Shown piece by piece: positions 1-7,944 of a stretch of DNA of 64,000 bases. The notes under the pieces were generated by a model. It ran no database searches. It was not told the DNA's origin and worked only from the letters and a program-made list of their open reading frames with translations. Position 1 is the first letter of the stretch; every line of letters begins with the position of its first letter. Origin of the DNA: Desulfosoma sp. (GTDB lineage Bacteria; Desulfobacterota; Syntrophobacteria; Syntrophobacterales; DSM-9756). Position numbers and translations under genes: made by a program. The stretch covers positions 32,001 through 96,000 of the forward strand of contig JBBFKW010000010.1 in assembly GCA_037481835.1 (NCBI GenBank), written 5' to 3'.

Positions 1-77
1 GCTCACCCCAACCTACGAGTTTATTCAAGGATGTAGGCCGGCGAATGTCGGTTCGGATGAGCGCAGCGAACCCCGAC
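1..77. repeat. GTAG-family REP doublet (first copy cut by window edge, second degenerate), 30-bp spacer
   Basis: 1-16 gctcaccccaacctac is the reverse-strand end of GTAGGTTGGGGTGAGC..; 47-77 gtcggttcggatgagcgcagcgaaccccgac; spacer 17-46 resembles the reverse complement of 58931-58960. Confidence 0.8.
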
Positions 78-313
78 ACCAAAGCTTCCCCCGTTCCCCC
101 ATGGGCCTTCATGGATGAGCCATGAGCCCATTGATCGCATCTCCTTTTCCCCGTGCCCGCCGGGCGTTCATGGGTTATGGGCAGTGGATCTGACCCGCGG
201 CTCATTGGGGGGACGTCCATTGGACGTTCGGGGCTTTTTCGCAACGGTCGGCGCCGGAGGCGGTGTGTTGGTCGAGGAGGTTGTCCGAGAACACCCCTAA
301 GCGTCACTCCCGC

Positions 314-493
314 ATTCCCGAACACCTTCAGATCCGCTTCGTCATCGCCCTTGGAAAGCCCGCGGAAACGGTGGTCCTGGAAGAGCTTCCTCCCAACGGC
401 GACATCCGCTACTGGCGCGATGGCCTAGGCCGCCACCACGTGCCCAAGCGCTCCCTGACGGAGCTCATCGTGGATATGGCACAACATATTTGA
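314..493 (+). pseudogene. C-terminal fragment of a nitroreductase-family protein
   Basis: IPEHLQIRFVIALGKPAETVVLEE..DIRYWRD..HHVPKRSL matches the typical nitroreductase C-terminus (IALGxP..HVPKR); N-terminal part absent. Confidence 0.7.
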
Positions 494-559
494 GAGGGAT
501 ATTATGCTACGCTCGGTACGAAGTCCATCCACCGGTCAGGCCTTGGAAGGGGGAAGCGC

Positions 560-970
560 GTGGATGTGGTGGATCGCATTGCCGAGGCCGTGAGACCCCT
601 GGCGGAAAGGACGCCGGAGGTGACGGCGGTTTACGTCTTCGGGTCCACGGCCACCGGCCGGGCCACGGATAAGAGCGATGTGGATCTGGCCGTTTTGCTC
701 CATCCCGACCCGGGACCGGACTTCGACCTGCTGGGCTTCGGGGTGGAGGCGGAGAAGGTCCTGGGGAAATCCGTGGACGTGGTGGTGCTCAACCGCGCCG
801 GAGAGCACCTGAAATACCTGGTTCGCCGGGACGGGATCCTCATCTACGATCGGGATCCCCAGGCGCGCGGGCGGTTCGATAGGTGGAGCCGAAAGGCCTA
901 CCAGGACTTTCTCCACTACCACCGGCGCTACGTCAAAAAGATGAAGGAGCAACTCCGCCGTGGTCGATGA
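560..970 (+). CDS. mntA: Minimal nucleotidyltransferase (MNT) antitoxin, type VII TA
   Basis: GS-x10-DxD motif (FGSTATGRATDKSDVD), 136 aa, overlaps downstream HEPN gene. Confidence 0.9.
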   Translation: MDVVDRIAEAVRPLAERTPEVTAVYVFGSTATGRATDKSDVDLAVLLHPDPGPDFDLLGFGVEAEKVLGKSVDVVVLNRAGEHLKYLVRRDGILIYDRDPQARGRFDRWSRKAYQDFLHYHRRYVKKMKEQLRRGR

Positions 971-1400
971 AGTCCTGATCCAGCGCATGTGTTCGGACAT
1001 CCGAACCAACGTGCAACTGCTCAAGGATGCGGTCGATATCACCTGGGACGTCTATTGCCGGGATCCCCGCTCCCGCAGGTTTGTGGAAAGAACGCTGCAC
1101 ATTCTTGTGGAGGCGTGCATCGATATCGCCCACCACATCATATCGGACGAGGGCTTCGAGGAACCGGGGTCGTGCAGCGAGGCGTTTCAAATTCTGGCCG
1201 ACCACGGCGTTCTGCCGAGGGATGAGGTGGCCGTTTATGAGCGAATGGCCCGATTTCGGAACCTCATTGTCCATTACTACGAAGAGGTCGACGATGCGGT
1301 GGTCTATGGGGTTTTCCGGAACCACCTGGAAGACTTCGAGCGCTACGTCAAGCACGTCTTGAACTTCGTGGAAACTGCACGATCAAGCCGGCATCGGTGA
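960..1400 (+). CDS. hepT: HEPN/DUF86 ribonuclease toxin
   Basis: R-x4-H-x-Y motif (RNLIVHYY); coupled to MNT. Confidence 0.9.
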   Translation: MVDEVLIQRMCSDIRTNVQLLKDAVDITWDVYCRDPRSRRFVERTLHILVEACIDIAHHIISDEGFEEPGSCSEAFQILADHGVLPRDEVAVYERMARFRNLIVHYYEEVDDAVVYGVFRNHLEDFERYVKHVLNFVETARSSRHR

Positions 1401-1406
1401 AAACGG

Positions 1407-1917
1407 ATAGGGGTAGGGACGGTGCATGGGTTTGCGCCGCTCCTCCGTCCGAACCGTGCGAGCGGATCTCCCGCACACGGCTCTCCGGTCGGGGGTTTTA
1501 CCTCATGAGGACTGGAGGAGAGCCCGATGAGCCTCTTCAAGGCCGTAGAGCCCATGGTCCCGAAAGAAACGATTGGGCGGGCGATTGCGGTCCCAGCCCC
1601 GACTGATCCCCCGGCGCTTGCTCCGCTTGCGAAGGATGGATCGCAAGCGGCGGCGAACCCGCCGTCAATGGCTGGAAAGGTCCAGTGGAGCACCATGGAA
1701 ATCCCGCCCTCATGGTAATGTCGATCGAGTGAAAGTAGACATTGGACGGCAAGGGGCTGATCACCGCCCCTCGAGGAGCCCCCGTTTCAGGACTCCCATG
1801 GGCCAGACCCTCCACGATGTCTTCCTTGAGGAAGGCCTCGACCAGGGCCAGAACCCCGCCATCTCCAATGGATGTGCGCACTTCGTCCATGAGCCGAGCA
1901 TGAGGGATGCTGTCGAA
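1407..1917 (-). mobile_element. Group II intron remnant: partial RT/maturase plus intact domains V and VI
   Basis: Minus strand FDSIPHARLM..GAPRGAVISPLPSNVY (RT3-4), RRRLRSILRKR..GLYGLEEAHRALLQSS* (maturase end, stop 1503-1505), DV gagccgtgtgcgggagatccgctcgcacggttc (1483-1451), DVI ending cctacccctat at 1407. Confidence 0.9.
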
Positions 1918-2070
1918 TCGGAAAGAATCGAGTTCTCAGACAGCCTCCTAGGGCGGGCGAGACGCCTCCGCTCCCGGGATTAAGTCGTTCTCGGACAAGC
2001 TTTTGGTATGGGTTGCAGGGGTCTGAAGGCGGCAGAGCTCCAAGGCGGGTTCGGTGGGGGGAGGAGGTGT

Positions 2071-2101
2071 GTTGGGGTTCGCTTCGCTCACCCCAACCTA
2101 C
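2071..2101 (-). repeat. GTAG-family REP, single copy
   Basis: gttggggttcgcttcgctcaccccaacctac, identical to the reverse complement of the 52185 unit. Confidence 0.85.
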
Positions 2102-2156
2102 ATTTGTGGCAAAAGGTGGGAGGACATGTGTGGCGCTGTTGTTTTCTGAGGGAGCT

Positions 2157-2522
2157 TCAGGTCTTCTTCTTGGGTTTGCGGTCCAGAAGGGAAACCACCT
2201 TGGCGGGGGCCCCGCCGGAACCCTTGGGGGAGGGTGCCGCTTGGCCCTCGTTGGATTCCTCCTCTTCGCCGGGAGCCGCAACCTCCTCGGCCGGCGCTTC
2301 CACCTTGACCAGGCGCATGGGATGCCCGCCCATGGTGAATTCTTCGCCGTTGATGTAGGCTTCCCGCAAGATCCAGGTAACCGTAATCAGTGGAACCTGC
2401 AGGACGAGCATCTTGACCTGCAACCACTGCGGCTTGGGGTCCGGGGATATTTTTTCGATGCGAGCGAAAAATGCCGGCTTGCCTTCGATGTGCACCAAGA
2501 CGAGATCGCCTTCTTTCGTCAT
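2157..2522 (-). CDS. Hypothetical protein
   Basis: Compact ORF MTKEGDLVLVHIEGKPAFFARIE.. with aggag RBS upstream; track start 2558 also possible. Confidence 0.7.
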   Translation of the reverse strand: MTKEGDLVLVHIEGKPAFFARIEKISPDPKPQWLQVKMLVLQVPLITVTWILREAYINGEEFTMGGHPMRLVKVEAPAEEVAAPGEEEESNEGQAAPSPKGSGGAPAKVVSLLDRKPKKKT

Positions 2523-2554
2523 CTGTCTTGTTCGCTCCTTTTGAGCCCCCATTG

Positions 2555-3493
2555 TCATCCCGACAGGTTCTTGTCCGCGTGCGCCTGATCGATTCGGTCC
2601 GCCAGGCAGCGGATCTTTTCACCTGCACGGAGCCCCTCCACCCATTCCAGGGGGAGGGCCTCAAAGCCGTGGTGCGCCCCCAGCACCATGCCGACGAGGA
2701 GGCCTCGGCCCGCCGAGTCCCCCCCGGCCATGACGTTTTGGATAAGGCCTTCGCGCAGGTCTTCGGCGTATCTGGCAATGAGATGCGCGACGGACGGAAA
2801 GGCCCCGTCCACCGCACAGCTTTGCCCGAAGTCCAAAATCGCGGCCTCCGTTTCCATGGATGCGCTCTCCAGGCCGTGGCGCACCCAGGACACCAGGGAA
2901 TCCGGGAGGGGCATCTCGTGGAGCACCGATTGCAGGGCGTCCGCCGGATGCTTTCCCGAGAGAACTTCCAGGGTCACGCGGGAGAAATAAACCGCCGCTT
3001 CTATAACCATGGGGTCGTTGTGGGTCATGGCGGTCTGAGCCCGCGCGGCCGTGAGGCAGCCTTCGGGTTCGCCTCTGTAAGCGTAGAGGACGGGGGCTGC
3101 CCGTCCTGCGCCCGCGAGATCCGTGGAGGAAGAGCCCGAGGTCTCGGGGCCGTGGCCTTCGGCGAACCGCTGGAGCGTCGCCTTGGTGGCCTTGTCCACA
3201 TAACCCCGGTAATCCGTGAAAAGCCGGCGCCATCGCGAGGCGAAATCCGAAAGGTGGAAGCGCCCGCCGTTTTCGGCCAAGGATTCCAGGAGGACGAGCA
3301 TCTGATCGCCGTAATGGGTGAAATCTCCAGCCGCCTTGCCGGGATGGTAGGAATCCGGCGCCGGCGCAAGGTAATGGTCCACGCGTCCGAATCGTTTTCG
3401 GATCATCGCAGGATCATAAATCCAATGGGCCCCCAGGGCCAAAGCATCGGCGGCGAAAGCCGCCCAGAGCATTCCACGAGCCTTATCGTCCAT
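2555..3493 (-). CDS. ADP-ribosylglycohydrolase family protein
   Basis: ADALALGAHW, GDFTHYGDQ, MTH and NVMAGGDSAGR motifs. Confidence 0.85.
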   Translation of the reverse strand: MDDKARGMLWAAFAADALALGAHWIYDPAMIRKRFGRVDHYLAPAPDSYHPGKAAGDFTHYGDQMLVLLESLAENGGRFHLSDFASRWRRLFTDYRGYVDKATKATLQRFAEGHGPETSGSSSTDLAGAGRAAPVLYAYRGEPEGCLTAARAQTAMTHNDPMVIEAAVYFSRVTLEVLSGKHPADALQSVLHEMPLPDSLVSWVRHGLESASMETEAAILDFGQSCAVDGAFPSVAHLIARYAEDLREGLIQNVMAGGDSAGRGLLVGMVLGAHHGFEALPLEWVEGLRAGEKIRCLADRIDQAHADKNLSG

Positions 3494-3663
3494 GCCTCAT
3501 CCTCTCCGGGAACTTTTTTCCCGATCCGTTCCGGCCTTTCATCCTCGAACCGATGCCTTTCCCCCCCGATTCAGGGGATCCATAAAACCATCAAAGCATT
3601 TCGAGAGGCTCCAGGTCAATGGCGAAGCCGTGACGGTGAAACCCTTCGGGGCGGACCAATTTC

Positions 3664-5364
3664 TCAGGCGCCGTGCATGCTCAGGATTTGGCGGCAGCAC
3701 CGGTTGTGGTAGGTGACGTCCAAGCCGTAGCGGGACTGAAGGCCGTCGTCCATGAGAAAACGCGGTGTGGGCAGGTCTTGCACCACGCAGCCTTGGTGGA
3801 GCACCACGGTGCGGTCGGTGAGGGCCGAGACGAAGCAGATATCGTGGCTGATGAGAATGAGCGTCGTCGGTAAATCATCCAGGAGGCCCAGGAGGCGCTC
3901 TTCGTTTTCGGGATCCAGATTGGCCGTGGGTTCGTCCAGGATGAGCACCCGGGGTTCCATGGCGAGCACCGCCGCCAGGGACAGCCTCTTGCGTTCCCCG
4001 GCGCTCAGGTGATGAGGGACGCGTTCCGCCATGCCGTCCAAACCCACCCGTGACAAGGCTTCGTGGACTCGGCGGCTCAATTGCGGCTCCCTGAACCCCA
4101 GGTGTTTCAAGCCGAAGGCCACCTCGTCGAAGCAGCTGGCACAAACCATCTGGTCCATGGAATCCTGGAAAACAATCCCCACGGAACGCCAAAGCTCCTT
4201 GCGCATCCGCCCACGGACGGCTTCCCCCCCGAATCGATAAACACCGCGCCCTGTTCGAATGCCCACCAGCACCGAGGCCAAGGTGGATTTGCCCGCGCCG
4301 TTTTCCCCGAGCAGTGCGATGCGTTCCCCGTCTTCCATGTGCAAAGAAACCCTTCGAAGGCCCCATGTCCCGTCGGGATAGCGATAGGAATAGTCTTCCA
4401 AGGCGATGAGAGGAGACCGGGTTCGTTGCCGGATCCGATGGGACACCGGGTTTGCCTCCGGGCGCGCAGGGGGTTGGGCCCCATGGTCCGATGGGATCGA
4501 CTCCGTCCTCTGGAGGCGGGATTTTTCCCGAGGGATTTTGGAAACCGCTTCGGGGTCGGAATGGCCGTGGGAGGCGGCGCCGTGGGGTCCCGAGCAGCAG
4601 TGGAAGCGAAAGGTGAAATCCAGCCCATGTTCTCTCAGGGACGGCCGATGGGCGATGAGCGCTTGGAAGTCCGTGTCGTGGTGCACGGCGCCGCGGTGCA
4701 GCACCACGGCCCTATGGCACAGGCCATAGAGGAACATGAGGTCGTGGCTGATGCACAGGAGCGTCCCGGAAAACCGGTCCAAAACGTCCAGGAGTCTTTC
4801 CGCGTTTCTGGAATCCAGGTTGGCCGTGGGCTCATCGAGAATGAGAACGGACGGGCGGCGTGCGAGGATGGCGGCCAAAGCGGCCCGTTTCCGCTGGCCG
4901 TAACTCAGATGGTGGGGGGCCTTGGCTCCATGGGCGCCAAGGCCCACGAGGTCCAGCATCTCGGAGACGATGGCCGAGGCCTCCTCCGGGGAAGCCCCGT
5001 CGTTCAGCGGCCCGAAGACCACATCGTCCACAACGCGGTTGCAAAACAGGTGATCGTCCGGATCCTGAAAAAGAATGCCTACCTGTTTTCGAAGACCGCT
5101 CAGGGCTTCCTTGCCGATTGGGCGGCCGTCGAAAATCACCCGCCCGCGGGAGGGGCTGATCAGGCCGCAGAGGACCTTGGCCAAGGTGGTCTTGCCGGAT
5201 CCGTTTTGGCCGACGAGCGCGATCTTTTCCCCGTGAGCAATGCTCAAAGAGACGCCGCGCAGGGCTTCCTTGCCGTCGGGGTACGTGTAGGACACATCAT
5301 CGAGATGAAAGAGGACGGCTTGCGAAGGACTTCTCGCGGCAATCGGCGTCGCCTGCCAATGCAT
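3664..5364 (-). CDS. cbiO: ECF-type Co/Ni transporter ATPase with two fused ABC domains
   Basis: Two Walker A (GQNGSGKT, GENGAGKS), two signatures (LSYGQ, LSAGE), two LILDEPT; follows cbiQ. Confidence 0.85.
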   Translation of the reverse strand: MHWQATPIAARSPSQAVLFHLDDVSYTYPDGKEALRGVSLSIAHGEKIALVGQNGSGKTTLAKVLCGLISPSRGRVIFDGRPIGKEALSGLRKQVGILFQDPDDHLFCNRVVDDVVFGPLNDGASPEEASAIVSEMLDLVGLGAHGAKAPHHLSYGQRKRAALAAILARRPSVLILDEPTANLDSRNAERLLDVLDRFSGTLLCISHDLMFLYGLCHRAVVLHRGAVHHDTDFQALIAHRPSLREHGLDFTFRFHCCSGPHGAASHGHSDPEAVSKIPREKSRLQRTESIPSDHGAQPPARPEANPVSHRIRQRTRSPLIALEDYSYRYPDGTWGLRRVSLHMEDGERIALLGENGAGKSTLASVLVGIRTGRGVYRFGGEAVRGRMRKELWRSVGIVFQDSMDQMVCASCFDEVAFGLKHLGFREPQLSRRVHEALSRVGLDGMAERVPHHLSAGERKRLSLAAVLAMEPRVLILDEPTANLDPENEERLLGLLDDLPTTLILISHDICFVSALTDRTVVLHQGCVVQDLPTPRFLMDDGLQSRYGLDVTYHNRCCRQILSMHGA

Positions 5365-5376
5365 GAAAGACCTCTC

Positions 5377-6327
5377 TTAAAAGATGAAAAGCCGCTCCGA
5401 AACGGCCCCCTGCCACCGATCGAGGGCGAACAGGGCAAGGGCCGTCCCCACCCACAGGGAGGCCCAGACCCAATCCCGACGTGATGCGCAAAACCGCACG
5501 GTGGAGGGAAAGACCCCCGCATAACCCCGGCACAACATGGCTTCATAGACCCTCTGGGTCCTCTCCATGCTGCGCACGAAGAGCATCCCCAGGAAACAGC
5601 CCAGGTGCCCCAGAGTATCCCAGCCGCTTCGGCTGCGAAAGCCCCGCACCGTCATCCCCACCCACATGCGGTGCATCTCATGGCGAAACACGAACACGTA
5701 CCGATACATGAGCAGGATCATCTGGCACATGACAACGGGGACCCCGAGCCTTTGCACGGCGGCCATGGTCACCGAAAAGGGGGCCGTTTTCAGCAAGGGT
5801 TCCATGAGCACGGCGACGATGACGGCTTTGGCGCAAATGCGGGCGGCCAGGACGCCCCCCCGGGCATTGAACTGCACAAACGGGACGCCTTCAAGGACGA
5901 TCCGCCGGTCCCCTTCATGGAAGGGAACGGTCAAGGGCATGATGAGAAGAAGCATCAGGAGAAAGCCGCTCATGGCCGAAAGGCGCCGCGCCGCTGCTCT
6001 CAAGGGCGTTCCGGCGACGGCGAGGGATCCTGCGGCGACGGCCAAGCCCAGGCCCAGCCCGAACCCATGGTTCAAGGACACGACGATGAAGGAAAAAAAG
6101 ACGAGGGAGAGGATTTTGAACCGTGGGTCCCAGCGATGAAAAAAGGAGGAGCCGGAGCCGACGACATCCAGTTCCGGCACGGAAGCGTCGGCATCCGATG
6201 CGCCCGGATCCTCGGCGTCTGCGTTGCCATCTTTTTCGGAGCCGCCCAAAAACCAGGCCGATGCCACCGCCGCCGCCGCGCCCAAGGCCAGGGCCGCGGC
6301 CCACCAGGGGACCACGGTCACGTTCAC
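5377..6327 (-). CDS. cbiQ: ECF transporter T component CbiQ/NikQ
   Basis: WDPRFK, YRYVFV, RGF, LFVRSMERTQRVYEAMLCRGY; GTG start overlaps cbiM stop (GTGA). Confidence 0.85.
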   Translation of the reverse strand: MNVTVVPWWAAALALGAAAAVASAWFLGGSEKDGNADAEDPGASDADASVPELDVVGSGSSFFHRWDPRFKILSLVFFSFIVVSLNHGFGLGLGLAVAAGSLAVAGTPLRAAARRLSAMSGFLLMLLLIMPLTVPFHEGDRRIVLEGVPFVQFNARGGVLAARICAKAVIVAVLMEPLLKTAPFSVTMAAVQRLGVPVVMCQMILLMYRYVFVFRHEMHRMWVGMTVRGFRSRSGWDTLGHLGCFLGMLFVRSMERTQRVYEAMLCRGYAGVFPSTVRFCASRRDWVWASLWVGTALALFALDRWQGAVSERLFIF

Positions 6328-6941
6328 GCGCTGGGCCTCCTCACCGGGTTCCGGAGCAATTCGGGCTTCACCTTCTGGAGAAAGGAGACCACGAAGGCCG
6401 AAATCACCCCTTCGAGGACGAGCACCGGCGCGTGGGCGGCCACGGCGATCTTGGCAACCCCGAAAAAGTCTTCTCCGCCCGTGGCCAAGAGCCCGGCAAG
6501 GATCAAGGCGGCGAGCGCCACGGCCGCCGCCGAGGCCGAAGCGGCCGCCACGACCGTCCCGGTGGCGCTGTGAGCGCCCATGCGGCGAAACAGCCAGGCG
6601 GCAAACCATGCCGGCAGGCCCATCATGAGGCCGTTGGCGCCAAGGGCCGTGAGGCCCCCGAACTGGAAGAGGAAGGCTTGGAGGACCAGCCCCAGAAAGA
6701 TGGAGAGAAAGGCGCTCCAGCCCGTAAGGATTCCCACGAGCCCCGGAAGAAGCAGGTGCACGCTCGTGGGCCCCAGGGGCACGTGAATGAGGGAAGCGAC
6801 AAAAAAGGCGGAGGTCATGACGGCGATCTTGGGGAGGTCTTCCCCGTCCGTTTTCTTGATGCTGAGGGCAAGACAGAGGCCCGAGGCCGCAAAGGATCCC
6901 ACGGCCACCGCCGTGGGCAACACCCCGTCGGAAAGATGCAT
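6324..6941 (-). CDS. cbiM: Co/Ni ECF substrate component CbiM/NikM
   Basis: N-terminal MHLSDG metal-binding motif; IHVPLGPTSVHL; FGGLTALGAN. Confidence 0.92.
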   Translation of the reverse strand: MHLSDGVLPTAVAVGSFAASGLCLALSIKKTDGEDLPKIAVMTSAFFVASLIHVPLGPTSVHLLLPGLVGILTGWSAFLSIFLGLVLQAFLFQFGGLTALGANGLMMGLPAWFAAWLFRRMGAHSATGTVVAAASASAAAVALAALILAGLLATGGEDFFGVAKIAVAAHAPVLVLEGVISAFVVSFLQKVKPELLRNPVRRPSA

Positions 6942-6965
6942 GATGCGAAACCCTTCCTCGTTGGG

Positions 6966-7331
6966 TTAGGAGCCCGTATGCTGCCGGTGCCGATTGCGTG
7001 CGTGCAGGTAGAAGGCTATGCCGAAAACACCCAAAATGTAGCCGATCCCCCCCACGATGTCTTTCAAGTCCGGCTCGTTCAGGGCGACCTTCAGGGCGGC
7101 AATTTCCCTTTTGACGGCGCGCAACTCCTGAGCCATTTCCCGCTGCTGGGCCTGGATCGCTTCGAGGATCCGAACCGCCTCGCCGGTCCCTTTTTCCGCG
7201 TCCGCGCCGCCGGCCGAGGCTACGGCTTCATGGGCTTTGGGCGGCGCCGTCCCAGGCTCCGCCGCCAACACCGGCCCCCCTGCAAGGCCGGCGCACATCA
7301 AGAACATGGCGAGCACAAGGCGAACCTTCAT
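6966..7331 (-). CDS. Co/Ni transporter accessory membrane protein (CbiL/NikL-like C-terminal module)
   Basis: Signal-like N-terminus, coiled coil, DIVGGIGYILGVFGIAFY TM; operon position. Confidence 0.65.
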   Translation of the reverse strand: MKVRLVLAMFLMCAGLAGGPVLAAEPGTAPPKAHEAVASAGGADAEKGTGEAVRILEAIQAQQREMAQELRAVKREIAALKVALNEPDLKDIVGGIGYILGVFGIAFYLHARNRHRQHTGS

Positions 7332-7342
7332 GGCGGAGCCCC

Positions 7343-7696
7343 TCACAGATCGCTCTTTTTCAGCGTGGCCACAGCCCGGTGTCCCATGGAAGCATTCACT
7401 TCGATGGTCAAATCCGTTTTCTCGGAAGGCGCGGGAAATTGGGCGCGCCCTTCCTTGTCGGTGGTTCCCTCGAAGATTTTGGCCCCCTTCGGGTCGGTGA
7501 CGCTCACCGTCCCCTGGACCACCGGAGAACCATCGGGAAAATAGCTTTCCACGAAAACGGTCCCCCCTTCCGCATAAGCGAAGACGTTCACCTTATGGGC
7601 CCAGGCCCCAACGGAAGGAAAACACGCCACAAAGACCCCCAAGACAACCGCCGAGACAGCCTTCCAAAAGAAAATTCCAGACTTTGTAGCCATCAT
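7343..7696 (-). CDS. Periplasmic Co/Ni transporter accessory protein (CbiL-like N-terminal module)
   Basis: Signal peptide ending AWA-H, HKVNVFAY..YFPDG..GTTDKEG..MGH. Confidence 0.7.
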   Translation of the reverse strand: MMATKSGIFFWKAVSAVVLGVFVACFPSVGAWAHKVNVFAYAEGGTVFVESYFPDGSPVVQGTVSVTDPKGAKIFEGTTDKEGRAQFPAPSEKTDLTIEVNASMGHRAVATLKKSDL

Positions 7697-7718
7697 CGCC
7701 CCTTCTCCTTCGTCCAGG

Positions 7719-7756
7719 AAACAAAAGGCCGAACGTCTCCTCTAGACGTCGGCCTT
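7719..7756 (-). terminator. Intrinsic terminator/attenuator in the 5' leader of the Co/Ni operon
   Basis: Sense AAGGCCGA-CGTCT-agagg-AGACG-t-TCGGCCTT followed by TTGTTT, just upstream of the aaggag RBS. Confidence 0.75.
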
Positions 7757-7821
7757 CGTGACCGCCCTACCCAGGGTTGGCTTTCAGCCCGAAAATGCGC
7801 GCTTCAGCGCCCATTCATGAC
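7755..7821 (-). ncRNA. Candidate cis-regulatory RNA (riboswitch-like aptamer)
   Basis: Three short hairpins (AATG-GCGCT/AGCGC-CATT; GGC-tgaaa-GCC; CCCT-gggt-AGGG) enclosed by TCATGA/TCACGA between promoter and terminator. Confidence 0.45.
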
Positions 7822-7827
7822 AACCGC

Positions 7828-7856
7828 ACCATAATCCCCTCGGCGAGCGCCGTCAA
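7828..7856 (-). promoter_or_regulatory. Sigma-70 promoter of the Co/Ni operon
   Basis: Minus strand TTGACG (7856-7851)-N17-TATGGT (7833-7828). Confidence 0.7.
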
Positions 7857-7944
7857 GCCGGTTCAAAACCATCCAGCGGCTCCAGGCGATCGGATATTTT
7901 TGATCCAGACCCCTGGATCCCCTGCCCCTCAACGTCCGCCTTTA

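Larger units (their letters stand above)
277..1947. mobile_element. Segment bounded by IS/MITE-like inverted repeats, no transposase
   Basis: 277-292 gaggttgtccgagaac vs reverse complement of 1932-1947 gaggctgtctgagaac (14/16); flanks cgag (273-276) and ctag (1948-1951). Confidence 0.5.

Noticed and set aside
1537..1890. Functional reverse transcriptase (retron, DGR or defence RT)
   Set aside because: Only RT3-4 remain, YADD is deleted, and DV/DVI identify a group II intron remnant
7697..7830. Cobalamin riboswitch
   Set aside because: Leader is short and lacks recognisable B12-box words such as GGGAA..GCCCCCGC and GCCACTG
7777..7944. N-terminal extension of the MFP ORF
   Set aside because: Overlaps the divergent promoter and leader; low-complexity, no family features
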